Assembly: GCF_902713615.1 (NCBI RefSeq)
Contig: NW_024055654.1
Coordinates: 2,149,674 to 2,213,673, forward strand
DNA: 64,000 bases
Direction of reading: 5' to 3'
Source of the DNA: Scyliorhinus canicula
Lineage: Eukaryota
The notes below the pieces were generated by a model that was not told the origin of the DNA, ran no database searches, and saw only the letters and a list, made by a program, of their open reading frames with translations. The translations under genes and the position numbers were made by a program. Shown here piece after piece: positions 1 through 10,594 of this stretch (position 1 is its first letter; each line of letters starts with the position of its first letter).

Positions 1-80
1 GTGAGTCTATGTTCAAATGGTCACTGTCTGTTTCCAGCGTTCGTTCCCAGGTATTAAATAGATTCTGTAATTTGTTGCAG

Positions 81-378
81 GAACAAATGGCAAAGATGAA
101 GTGTTCCAGGATCCCCCTGAATTAACAGTTCTGGAAGGACGGGCAATAACACTGGGCTGCAGCTACTCGACAATTGGTGCTCCAACTCTGTTCTGGTACA
201 TCCAGTCTCCCGGAGAAGCTCCGAAATATGTATTCAAGATATATAGCTCAGGAGCTACGTCTCAAGATTTGCCAGCCAGGTTCTCGGCTATTTTAAACAA
301 AGAAAACAAAACGGTTCCTTTAAATATCGCCGCGGCGCTTCTCTCCGACACAGCCGTGTATTTCTGTGCCTTGCAGCC
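81..378 (+). CDS. TRAV: T-cell receptor alpha/delta variable exon (TRAV-like), open frame; leader exon lies upstream of the window
   Basis: Intron 1-80 (gtgagt...ttgcag). Phase-1 exon reads (G)TNGKDEVFQDPPELTVLEGRAITLGCSY...LFWYIQ...DTAVYFCALQ, with Cys23, Trp41 and Cys104 intact and no stop, followed directly by an RSS. Confidence 0.9.
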
Positions 379-418
379 CACACTGATGCAGAGAAATAGT
401 GGAGCCTGTACAAAAACC
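379..418 (+). promoter_or_regulatory. Recombination signal sequence (23-class)
   Basis: Heptamer CACACTG at 379-385 and consensus nonamer ACAAAAACC at 410-418. Spacer is 24 nt by my count. Confidence 0.85.
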
Positions 419-1577
419 CCAGCGTGAGAGTTCCAGTTATTGTCAGCAGTTGCGCTCGCACTGAAAACATTAACCAAAACTGAACCTGCGAGGGTCATTA
501 TTAAGATTTGAGAACAAAAAACAACACCCAACAATAACGTAAGCAGCAGCTGAGGAATGTTATTAGTTAGTTTTTTAACTTGCAGCTATACTGTAAATTA
601 ATTTCACAAACCAATTTATGGTGCGTTCACCCACTTTCTGCCTTTTTGTGATCTTGTCCTGTCTTTCGGAATCAATGTGAAATCCATTCTCCATTCACGC
701 TCTCTTTCTGGGTCTCTTCGACCACAGCCGGCACATAGTGCCTATTTGGCTAGAGTATTTTGCTGGTAACAAGCCAAAAGCTCAGAATTACCTCAATGTT
801 TATTTACAAATGTTTATTTGAATGTTTTCTGACACAATTCACAGCCTAATTCTTCCGCCTGACAATAACCAGATGACCGGGGCCATTCCTACCCCGTGCC
901 TAACGGTGAAACCTGTATTCTTATAAAAATACTGACTAGATCTCTGTTATGGTTGTTTAGATTCACTGACAGCCTGTTCCCCAAGTCCAGATGCTAAAGC
1001 ACCATTGGGCCACGGTGGAACAGCGGTTAGCTCTGCAAAAAGCAGCTGAGACGGACCTACAGTTTGTAACACAGTCGCTGGAAAACGTCCCTTAGTCGCC
1101 AGATAAGTGAAATCTGTTTCTGATCTGCGTTTAATAACAAGGATTCTTTTTCTGCTGAAGTCTACATTAGACACCGTGTTCTCTCCAGGGCCGTTTCTGA
1201 TAATGGCCATGCTGCTTGGTAAGACTATGTTCAAAGGGACATTGTTTATTCCATGTGTTAGTATCCATCCCAGACTCTGACACAGCCTGTGTTCTTTTGC
1301 CGCAACAAGTAACACAGACTCACTACTCCTGGGTCGCCTACTACTGTTGGAACATCAATATTCAGGGTAGGCTCCGAAATAATTGCTGTGGTGATATAAC
1401 TCGGATCATGGAGATAAGTCTCAGGGTTTCCGAGACCGGCTTTCTGTTCAGGTGGACAAGGATAAAGACATCAATGCAAATGTGTCTTACATAAACATGT
1501 CAGTTTTGTTCACTGCGAGCACGGAAATAGACTTTCGCAGTTAGAGGCATCAAAAACATTCAGCCGAGAAGAAAGGA

Positions 1578-1616
1578 GGTCTTTGTACGACGTCTTGTCT
1601 TGTATCAGACACTGTG
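1578..1616 (-). promoter_or_regulatory. 23-RSS of V pseudogene
   Basis: Minus strand: CACAGTG, 23 nt, ACAAAGACC. Confidence 0.9.
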
Positions 1617-2145
1617 CCTCACTGAACAGTAATAAACCGCTCCGTCTCCACATTCAGGGCGCTTATGTTCAGGTAACCAGACTTTGTAGACTAATCATCA
1701 GTCGCCAGATATCGTCCTGAGATTTTATCTTTCTTCAGTACTGCTACAGTACTTTGTAAATTATGCAAATTGGAGGATGTGCCTGTTTCTGCCGATACCA
1801 CTGCATGGTGTTTATACCCTGATCTGTATACTCGCAAATTAACTGCGCCGAACGCTCTTCTAACACAGTTAATGTCACTGGAGACTGAGTCAATGCACAT
1901 AATCCGCCTGTGAAAGTCGATGAACAAAAGAGCCCGAGATTAAATAGAGTCAAGCGAAACGTGTGTCTATCGAGACGTAAGTGTGTAAACTCTCATTTGC
2001 CAAGCTACACATAACATGTATATATCTTATCGTTAACGATATTAATGTTGAGTGCAAACTCTTTGCAATCAATATGCTAAACTGTCACGATGAACCTAAT
2101 CGTATACTGACCGTCCCAGAGCGTCGCCAGTATTATTAGAAACAT
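1617..2145 (-). pseudogene. TCR alpha/delta V pseudogene (leader 2145-2112, intron, V exon 1907-1617)
   Basis: Leader MFLIILATLWD-G ends at gtcagt; acceptor is ttcacag. The exon reads GLCALTQSPVTLTV...LICEY...WYRQ...ISGRYLA...GYLNISALNVE..VYYC, with a frameshift after FR2, a TAG at 1693-1691 and a second 1-nt deletion before YYC. Confidence 0.9.
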
Positions 2146-2179
2146 GTCTGATTAAATTTCTCAGTGAATGGGAATGAAA

Positions 2180-2423
2180 TGAGTCAGAGAATGAGAAAGA
2201 GAGAGGGATCCCAGGCTCTGTTCAACACTGTTCCAGCCACAGGGGGTCAGGCCTATTGTGACATCACTCAGGATACCATCATGTTTGGACTTTAACCAGG
2301 TTGTTGTCAGACTTCTTACTGCTCGCCCAGGGCGACGCCAGCATCTCCACGTCCCTATTGGCTTTGGCATTGATCTGTCGTGACTTTCTAATCAGCATAC
2401 TGCTGCCTGCCTCCCTCTGCTGA
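2180..2423 (-). promoter_or_regulatory. V-gene promoter: AP-1 site, TCR-V CRE-like decamer, degenerate CTCF-like site
   Basis: TGAGTCA at 2180-2186, AGTGATGTCA (minus) at 2268-2259 and TCAGCAGAGGGAGGC (minus) at 2423-2409. Same order as the paralogous promoters at 18.0 and 31.0 kb. Confidence 0.6.
2283..2350 (+). mobile_element. Degenerate Penelope-like terminal repeat remnant
   Basis: ttggactttaaccaggttgttgtcagacttcttactgctc...gcatctccac resembles the element at 8474-8641. Confidence 0.4.
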
Positions 2424-2607
2424 CGGATTCTCTTCAATCCAATGTATAACTACTGAGTGGGTTTATTGAAATACACATCAAAACAGAAATGTTAAATATT
2501 GTCTCTCAAAAACCTAAATAGATGACGAAACGCAATCTTCATTTTTCTGCACAAAGAATCAGCTGTCCCACCCACTGAGTTAAAGCGCACGCAAAAGCTC
2601 TGAATTC

Positions 2608-2672
2608 ATAGCCAGCCAGGAGTGGAACCTGGAATATGTTGTCAGAAGCGATATCCATTGTGCCACTGGGCC
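2608..2672 (-). pseudogene. tRNA-Arg(ACG-type) pseudogene, anticodon arm deleted
   Basis: Matches the vertebrate Arg-ACG body with an ~8-nt deletion over the anticodon. Confidence 0.75.
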
Positions 2673-2766
2673 ACAGCGATGCGCGCCATTGGCTATTCCT
2701 CGTTGATTGAGACCAATTACGAGATTGAGGTAATATTCAGCAAAACACAAACTTGGAAGCACGAGG

Positions 2767-2839
2767 TGTTTCTGCCTGGTTTTGAAAAGGGGACCTTTCG
2801 CGTGTGAGGCGAATGTGATAAGCACTACACTACAGAAAC
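2767..2839 (-). pseudogene. tRNA-Val(CAC) pseudogene
   Basis: Val body with CAC anticodon; T-arm and B box disrupted. Confidence 0.8.
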
Positions 2840-3672
2840 AGCTGGCAGGCAATGGACGTGTACAATGTACAACGTCACTGTGTTGCTGCAGATTGTAATA
2901 GTGAGGCTGAGAGGCCACGTCACTTATTCCAAGACGACAGCTGTTTCTTTAAAAAAAACAGATGTTTCAACATATAAAACCATGAGGTGTAGAAATTATA
3001 TCGAAATTAACATAAGTTATATTTTGCTTAATGTCGGTCTTAAATTTGTGCTCTTTGGTCTCGAGGTCTGGTTCTCGTTTAGGGATTTTTAATCAATGCC
3101 TATGGGAGTGGTCGTGGGTTTAAATCCCACCTATTGCTAGCCCTCTATCGAGGCCCAATGCAGCACTCCACCACCCCCAACCCCACCCCCACCCCCCACC
3201 CACAATCGTCTGAATCTCCAATTCCAGTTCTCCAGCTTTGACAAAGAGTCCACTTGACTGGAAACGACAGCTGCCATTTCGCTGCCCAGAGGCTGTCAGA
3301 CCTGCCGAGATTATCCAGTATTTTCTGTTTTTGTTTCCGTTTGAAGCATCCGCAGTAAGTTGCATTTGTCATACATTTAGACATGTTTGAGATGGTGATT
3401 AAATATGTTCATTTGTAAATCGCTGAAATTCTGTTGTGGATGAACTAGCTGCTAATATCCGAGCTGTGCCAAGATAAGAAAATTCTTCACCTCTCATTGC
3501 CTGCCGAAAATTCAGTGCTTGGGCCTTAATGTTCAATTCAGTTTAGTGGCTCATGTGAGACGAAATCTCATAGTCCTGGAACACACGAGGTTCCGGCAAC
3601 ATTCAGGAAACAGAATTATTTTGTGCCCAATAATTGTGCAAACTTTTCTCACACGAAATGCTAAATGTTGGA

Positions 3673-3740
3673 TGTTATTGTCCGGTTTTGAACCGGGGAC
3701 TTTTCGCGTGTGAGGCGAATGTGATAACCACTACAGAAAC
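3673..3740 (-). pseudogene. tRNA-Val(CAC) pseudogene
   Basis: 5-nt deletion at the 5' end/D arm and acceptor mismatches. Confidence 0.8.
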
Positions 3741-4977
3741 CGCTGGCAATTAATGGACGTGCGGAATGTACAACCTCACTGTGTTGCTGCAGATTCTGAT
3801 GGTCTGTTTGAGAGGCCAGGTCCCTTGTTGCAAGCGACTGCTGTTTCTGAAATTAACAGATGTCTCAACATATAAAGCCGTGAGATGTAGAAATTATATC
3901 GAAATTAACATAAGTTATATTTTGCTTAATGTCGGTCTTAAATTTGTGCTCTTTGGTCTCGAGGTCTAGTTCTCGTTGAGGGATTTTCAATCAATGCCTA
4001 TGGGAGTGGTCGTGGGTTTAAATCCAACACAGGCTCTTTACTCCAGGTCAGAGATTATGAATTGTTTGCGATGCTGACGGCGGGGTTGATTTACATTGGC
4101 CCTCTCAGAAAAAGATTTCTCAGGACTCGGAATGTTTACGTCGTTTCTCTCCCCATAGATGATGCTCGAGAGAGAGAGAGAGAGAGACAGTGTCTGAGCT
4201 GGAGTGTGTTTGGATAAAATTGATGCTCCAGATCTGTGTTAACCACAGGGACGTGACCCATCTAATCCACAGCCAAAGTGGAGAATTAAACTGACTGGAG
4301 AGCTGGGTCTTAACGCTGACCTCCCGGACCTCGGCGTCGTTGAATGTTCCAAAGAAGCTCAACAGACACTCGAGGAACAGCAGCGCATCTTTCCACTGGG
4401 CTCAATACAGCTTTCACACTCAGAGTGTGTTCAGCAGTTTCACACTGTAAATGCTGCACCCATTTTGTGTGTCCTTACATCGCAGATTTGGGTTTCAATC
4501 TTGTTTCCACTTGTTCTTTGTGTCCCTGCGGTAGTTGTTCATCAATCTGCCATCGATAGCTCCTCCAGACATACCTTTTGTTTCTTTGTTTCTTCCATTC
4601 CGCTAACAGAGAGCTGGCACAGACCCGGCGGACGGAATGGCCTCATACTGTGGTGTCATTATTCTCTGGTTTGATGCTAACCTAACTCTGTGGCCAGGTC
4701 CCAAGGCCTCTTCTCGTTTAATCTCTCCTGACTTGCCCCCTATTAGAGCCCTTTCCTGTTGTTCTGTTTCCTCCCTCTGAGAGTTCAATTGGTTAAGACG
4801 TACTACATTTCTAACCTGTCCCGGTTTTAATGAAAGGTGACGGTGAAAGACGAACATTGTTGTCCTGTCGACAAATGTCGCCTGACTACCTGAGATGGTG
4901 CAGTACTTTTGGCGTTCTCCGCAGATGTTAGATTGATTTTGGATGGCAATGACAGTATGCTTTGGCTCTTTTCGCGG

Positions 4978-5041
4978 GACGCGTTGGTCTAGGGGTATGA
5001 TTCTTGCTTTGGGTGTCTCGCTGTCGGAATTTGCGAGAGGT
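4978..5041 (+). pseudogene. tRNA-Pro(TGG) 5' fragment with 18-nt intron (5014-5031), T arm missing
   Basis: cgttggtctaggggtatgattcttgctttggg-[tgtctcgctgtcggaatt]-tgcgagagg, then unrelated sequence. Confidence 0.8.
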
Positions 5042-5369
5042 TCAGCAGGCCGTATCCTTCAATGGTGCGGCGATCCCAATACTGCAGCCGGCTCACGGTA
5101 CTTGTTATCACAACATTATCACATCTTGCTTTATTGCAGCAGAGAAATGCATTCCTCTGATTGCCAGTGACACGCCAGTGAAAGACAAGGCCAGTAAAAT
5201 TGGGCAGCCAATACCTGGACATAAATATGTACGTAGAAATCCTGGAAGTTTGTCACTCGCGGAATTATTATAGTGCCAGGAATGTTAAAGCACTCAGAAT
5301 CACAGATGCACAGAACCAAGCAATTCAGATGAGGCCTTCCGGTCAATCGAGTCTGCACCAACATGTGAA

Positions 5370-5666
5370 AAATACAGGACTAACTACAGGACCTCATTTG
5401 TCAGCACGTGTTCCATAGCCTTGAATGTGAAGACGTGGAATGTGTTCAGCCAGGTACTATTTAATGGATGTGAAGCACACTGCCTCTCCCACCCTCCCAC
5501 GTAGGTTACTCCAGACAGTCACCATCCTCTGAATAAATAAGATTTCCCTCAAATCCCCATAACCTCCTGCCCCTCACCTTGAACTTGTGTCCCCCCGTAA
5601 CTGATCCTTCAACTAAGGGGAACTGCTCTCTATCCACCCTGCCATGCCCCTCATAATCCTGTACAC
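5370..5666 (-). mobile_element. CR1/HER1-like LINE 3' fragment (copy at ~28965-29260)
   Basis: Typical shark CR1 3'-end sequence on the minus strand. Confidence 0.65.
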
Positions 5667-5892
5667 CCAAAACTATGCAACGTCTCTTCATAACATAAAT
5701 GGCGAAGTATGTCCCTGATCTGCGTGGGAATCGAACAGAAGACATGTCGTGTCAACAGAAATTTCAGGTATTTTCGATCGAAAAATTGATTTCTATTAAA
5801 GTCTAAACCTGGCACCATGTGCTTCCCATGTCCCAACTGATAGTAATTCTCATGTTGCTCGGTGGTTATTATACATTAAGCGTACATTGTCG

Positions 5893-6202
5893 TAATAATA
5901 ATCTTCACTAGTGTCATAAGTAGGCTTACATTCACACTGCAATGAAGTTACTGTGAAAATTCCCGAGTCACCACACTCCGGCCCCTGTTCAGGTACACAG
6001 AGGGAGAATTCAGAATGTCCAATTCACCTAACAGCACGTCTTTTCGGGACTTGAGTGAGGAAACCGGAGCACCCGGATGAAACCCACGTAGACACGGGGA
6101 GGACGTGCAGACTCCGCACAGATAGAGAACCAAGCCGGGAATCGAACGCGGGTCCTATGAGCATGAGGCAGCAGAGCAACCCACTGAGCCACAGTGCCGC
6201 CC
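5893..6202 (-). mobile_element. HE1-like tRNA-derived SINE (copy at 29486-29795)
   Basis: gggcggcactgtggctcagtgg head, B box gttcgattccc, HE1-type core, (tta)n tail. Confidence 0.8.
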
Positions 6203-6659
6203 ATTAAGTACCTTGTACATTTTGTACCCCAGCACGTATTGATCCATTCTGCTTTGCGTTAAAAGAACAGGTAACGAGGAGTCTTAGTCCATGGACTTTC
6301 TGCAAGAGCAGGCCATGATTTTCGTCCATCTCCTCAGTTGAGTGCCACCCTCTGCCGGTAGGTAGATATTCTGGTTTTAAAGTTACAATACAATTTGCGG
6401 TATGATAGACCATAATAAGACCATAAGACTATTAGACATAGGAGCAGAATTAGGTCACTTGGCCCATCGAGTCCGCTCTGCCATTCAATCATGGCTGATA
6501 TTTTCAACCATAGCTCTCAAGATTTCCCAAACTATTCCTCTCTTGATCGACACAAGGACAGAGACATATCCGGTAAATAGACATGATTGCTTGCCTGAGC
6601 TTGGGATCAATTCCTTCTCGGAAAGGAGCTCAACAGATCATTCAGTACATGGAAGAAGA

Positions 6660-8473
6660 GGGAATTAAACAAAATTCAACAAAATACAAGAAAATACATG
6701 GGACTACGTAATAGGGCAACACAAGATATACAATGTAACTGCATATGCATTGGCATCGGTTGAAGCACACAGGGTGTAGTGTTAATGAGGTCAGTCAATA
6801 AGAGGGTCATTTAGGAGTCTGGTGACAGTCGGGAAGAAGCTGTTTTTGAGTCTGTTCGTGCGTGTTCTCAAACTTCTGTATCTCCTGCCCGATGGAAGTT
6901 GGAAAAGTGAGCAAGGCGGGTGGGAGGGATCCTTGATTATGCTGCCCTCTTTCCCCCGCAGCGGGAGGTGTAGATGAAGTCCATGGATGGGAGGCAGGTT
7001 CGTGTGATGGACTGGGCGATATTCACAACTCTCTGAAGTTCCTTGCGGTCCTGGGCCGAGCAGTTGCCATACCAGGCTGTGATGCAGCCCGATAGGATGC
7101 TTTCTGTAGTGCACGTGTAAAAGTTGGTAAGGGTTAATGTGGACATGCCGAATTTTCTTAGTTTCCTGAGGAAGTGTAGGCGCTGTTGTGCTTTCTTGGT
7201 GATAGCGTCGACGTGAGTGGACCAGGACAGAGTTTTGGTGATGTGCACCCCTAGGAATTTGAAACTGCTAACCATCTCCACCTCGTCCACGTTGATGCTG
7301 ACAGGGGTGTGTACAGTACTTTGCTTCCTGAAGTCGATGACCAGCTCTTTAGTTTTGCTGGCATTGAGGGAGAGATTGTTGTCGTTCCACCACTCCACTA
7401 GGTTCTCTATCTCCCTCCTGTATTCGGACTCGTCGTTATTCAAGATCCGGCCCACTCTGGTCGTATAGTCAGCCAACTTGTAGATGGAGTTGCAACCAAG
7501 TTTTGCCACGCAGTCGTATGTGTACAGGGAGTAGAGTAGGGGGCTAAGTACCCAGCCTTGCGGGGCACCGGTATTGAGGACTATTGTGGAGGAGGTGTTG
7601 GTGTTCATTCTCACTGATTGTGGTCTGTTGGTCAGAAAGTCAGGGATCCAGTTGCAGAGTGGAGAGCCAAGTCCTAGGTTTTGGAGCTTTGATATGAGCT
7701 TGGCTGGGATTATGGTGTTGAAGTCGGAGCTGTAGTCAATAAATAAATGAATGAAAAATGAAAATCCCTTATTGTCACGAGTAGGCTTCAATGAAGTTAC
7801 TGTGAAAAGCCCCGAGTCACGACATTCCGGCACCTGGTACAGGAATCGAACCGTGCTGTTGGCCTGCTTGGTCTGCTTTAAAAGCCAGCGATTTAGCCTG
7901 GTGAGTTTCACCAGCCCTTGGAGTCTGATGTAGGAGTCCTTGTTTTCGAGATGCACTAGAGATGAGTGTAGGGCCAGGGAAATGGCGTCTGATGTGGACC
8001 GGTTGCGACGGTATGCGAATTGAAGTGGGTCAAGGCGTTCTAGGAGTATGGAGGTGATGCGCTTCATGATCAGCCTCTCGAAGCACTTCATTACAACTGA
8101 CGTCAGGGCCGCCGGAGGGTAGTCATTGAGGCATGTTGCCTCGTTCTTCTTTGGTATCGGTATGATGGTGGTCTTCTTGAAGCAGGTGGGGACCTCGGTG
8201 TGGAGTAGGGATAGGTTAAAGATGTCTGTGAATACCTCTGCCAGCTGGTATGCGCAGGCTCTGAGTGCATGACCAGGGATCCCGTCCGGGCCCATCGCCT
8301 TCCGTGGGTTCACTTTCAGGAAGGCCGATCTGACTTCGGAAACTTGATGGTGGGTATAGGTGAATTAAGAGCTGCTGGGATACTCGACAGCGGATTGTTG
8401 GTTACCTGCTCAAACCGAGCATAGAATGTATTAAGTTCGTCGGGAAGGGATGCGCTGCTGCCAGAGATACAGC
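6660..8473 (-). mobile_element. Rex1/Babar-type LINE, RT region plus 3' UTR, inactive
   Basis: ORF 6937-8313 has RT motifs ([48 protein letters not shown]). Catalytic ADD is mutated to ADY, and the ORF is interrupted by a SINE. Confidence 0.9.
7746..7919 (-). mobile_element. Short SINE (174 bp) inserted in frame in the Rex1 RT
   Basis: gggctggtgaaactcaccaggctaaatcgctggc... family. Absent from the paralogous LINE copies at 19.5, 27.5 and 31.7 kb. Confidence 0.85.
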
Positions 8474-8641
8474 AAGAAGTCTTACAACACCAGGTTAAAG
8501 TCCAACAGGTTTGTTTCAAACACGAGCTTTCGGAGCGCAGCTCCTTCCTCAGGTGAATCACAAAACAGAACCATTTAACCTGGTGTTGTAAGACTTCTTA
8601 CTGTGCTCACCGCAGTCCAACACCGGCATCTCCACACCATG
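8474..8641. mobile_element. 168-bp Penelope-like pseudo-LTR insertion with internal 26-bp inverted repeat and ~14-bp TSD (copies 20102-20269, 32224-32391)
   Basis: TSD gccagagatac(a/t)gc at 8460-8473 and 8642-8655; perfect IR at 8474-8499 and 8574-8599. The uninterrupted site is visible at ~28026-28045. Confidence 0.7.
8521..8555 (-). ncRNA. Minimal type I hammerhead ribozyme motif (copies 20149-20183, 32271-32305)
   Basis: CAC-CUGAGGA-A-GGAGC ugc GCUCC-GAA-AGCU-C-GUG: intact core, helix II, palindromic helix III and 3-bp helix I. Confidence 0.65.
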
Positions 8642-9059
8642 GCCAGAGATACTGCTCGACCCGGTCCGGTTATGTAGATCTTTGGGCTTTTTTTCTGAGG
8701 GATTCTTCTCCAGAGACCGCTGAGATAGGCCCATTGAAGATTTTAAGACAGATGTGGTTGGATTCTCAACTGAAAAGGTAATCAAAGGTTATCCGGGTCG
8801 GTGAAATGTGAATCTGAGGTCATGTTCGCATCTGTCACGAACTTATTGAATGTTGGAGAAGGCTCAAGGGGATGAATAGCCAACTCCTGCTCAACATTCG
8901 TCTGTTGGCAGGTCCGTGAGGAGGTGTCACAATCTCCTGAGTTATCGAGGGAGACACAGCATCGTTGAGCTATTCCCCAGCTCGGCGCCATGAAGGATAT
9001 TACAGCGATAGAGGCAACTCCATGCCGGAGCCGGTGCACGGTACGTGTTATCAGAACAG

Positions 9060-9229
9060 GAAAATCTTTTATTGTCACGAGTCCGCTTCAAATGAAATTA
9101 CTCTGAAAATCCCCTAGTCGTCACATTCCGGCGCCTGTTCGGGGAAGCTGTTACGGGAATCGAACCGTGCTGCTGGCCTACTTGGTCTGCTTTCAAAGCC
9201 AGCGAGTTAGCCCTGTCCTAAACAGCCCC
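9060..9229 (-). mobile_element. Short SINE (copies ~20682-20836, ~32809-32978)
   Basis: Same family as 7746-7919. Confidence 0.8.
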
Positions 9230-9263
9230 TAAAAACATATCATCCAGGAGTGGAACAACAATT

Positions 9264-9280
9264 CGTCTCTGGGTGGGATC

Positions 9281-9337
<57 letters not shown>
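9264..9337 (-). tRNA. tRNA-Asn-GTT: tRNA-Asn(GTT)
   Basis: gtctccgtggcgcaatcggttagcgcgttcggctgttaaccgaaaggttggtggttcgatcccacccagagacg. One C:A acceptor mismatch; A and B boxes intact. Confidence 0.85.
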
Positions 9338-9975
9338 GACAACAGGATCACAACTCTGTGCATTTCAACAGTGACGGCCAATCCTCTGATTGCCAGGGTC
9401 CGAATGAGAATGCTGGTAATATTGGTCCCCTGAGGCAGTGCGGAAAATATCTGGAAGGAGCGGACACATGGTCCCGCGGGCATGGACATTTGTGAGACGT
9501 GGAATCATCACAGGCCCGTGGATTTTACAGAACTCACTTGGACAGCACCACACTTTCTTTGAAACACGTCCCTTATCTGGGAACCTCCATAACAGAAAGC
9601 AGGAAGTGTCAACATAGATTTGATGTATTTTCGATCAGAAAGTCGATGTTCCGCTGAAGACTACTAGGGGCTCAGACTCATTGGCATAAGGTCGACCTAA
9701 ATTAACGGTCCTGGAAGATTTTATTATCCCCACATCTGAGAACTTTCATTACTGCTGCTCGGAAGTGGATATTCCAAGCTTAAATTTACTGTGCATCGCG
9801 ACATGCTGATTAATCTCGCGAATCCGAAACGGCTCCTCTATTGACCTATACAAGGACAGAGACGGCAATGCAATTGTGGAGAAATAGACCTGAGTATTTT
9901 TCTGAATCCTGATCAAACCATCCTCCGGTACAAGGGCAGGAACGCAAATTTACTGGAATTGAAAATACTCTCTGA

Positions 9976-10014
9976 GGCTTTCGTACGTGGTGGTAGCTGC
10001 TTTGTGACACTGTG
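9976..10014 (-). promoter_or_regulatory. 23-RSS
   Basis: CACAGTG, 23 nt, ACGAAAGCC. Confidence 0.85.
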
Positions 10015-10256
10015 CTCATTGCACAGTAATAGACCGCCCCGTCCTCCACACTGAGCGCGTTTATATTGAGGTAACCATTCTTTTTAGACTTGTTGGCAGC
10101 CGCCAGATATCGTCCTGAGATCTCCTCTTTCTTCATCGTCAATATGTTAATGATGACCATTCTCGGCGGCTGTGCCGGCTTTTGCTGATACCATAGCATG
10201 TGGTACATCGTCCGGTCTGTATATTCGCAATCTACCTGCACTGAACCCCCTTCTGA
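10015..10256 (-). pseudogene. 5'-truncated TCR alpha/delta V exon (open frame; no leader, acceptor or FR1 start)
   Basis: SEGGSVQVDCEY...MLWYQQKPAQPP...ISGRYLA...EDGAVYYCAM. Joined at 10256/10257 to the tRNA repeat unit. Confidence 0.9.
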
Positions 10257-10427
10257 TTTCTAACCTGTCCCGGTTTTAATGAAAGGTGACGGTGAAAGTC
10301 GAATTTTGTTGTCATGCCGACAAATGCCGCCTGACTCCCTGAGATGTTGCAGTACTTTTGGCGTTCTCCGCAGATGTTAGATTGATTTTCGATGGCAATG
10401 ACAGTATACTTTAGTTTTTTTTAGTGC

Positions 10428-10517
10428 GGCTCGTTGGTCTAGGGGTATGATTCTCGCTTTGGGTGTGTCGCGGTCGGAATTTGCGAGAGGCCCCGGGTTC
10501 AAATCCCGGATGAGCCC
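10428..10517 (+). tRNA. tRNA-Pro-TGG: tRNA-Pro(TGG) with 18-nt intron (10464-10481)
   Basis: 72-nt Pro body plus insert after G37. Stems intact (one G:U); TTTT lies downstream. Confidence 0.85.
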
Positions 10518-10594
10518 TTCGATGAGGTTTTCTGTTGGTCAAATTGATTAATTCTGGTGGACTCAGACAGCTCTCTGTCCCTTTCTTTTTATCA

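Larger units (their letters stand above)
4984..6625. repeat. Segmental duplication, direct copy at ~28572-30218
   Basis: Collinear near-identity across the truncated Pro tRNA, CR1 tail, SINE and flanks. Confidence 0.9.

Noticed and set aside
3100-3145. ggtcgtgggtttaaatcccacc, resembling a tRNA T arm
   Set aside because: The apparent 3' stem is created by a junction with the PLE remnant. Other units continue differently, and no 5' tRNA half is evident.
5710-5745. tccctgatctgcgtgggaatcgaac (also ~29305), a B-box-like remnant
   Set aside because: No pairing T stem and no assignable isotype.
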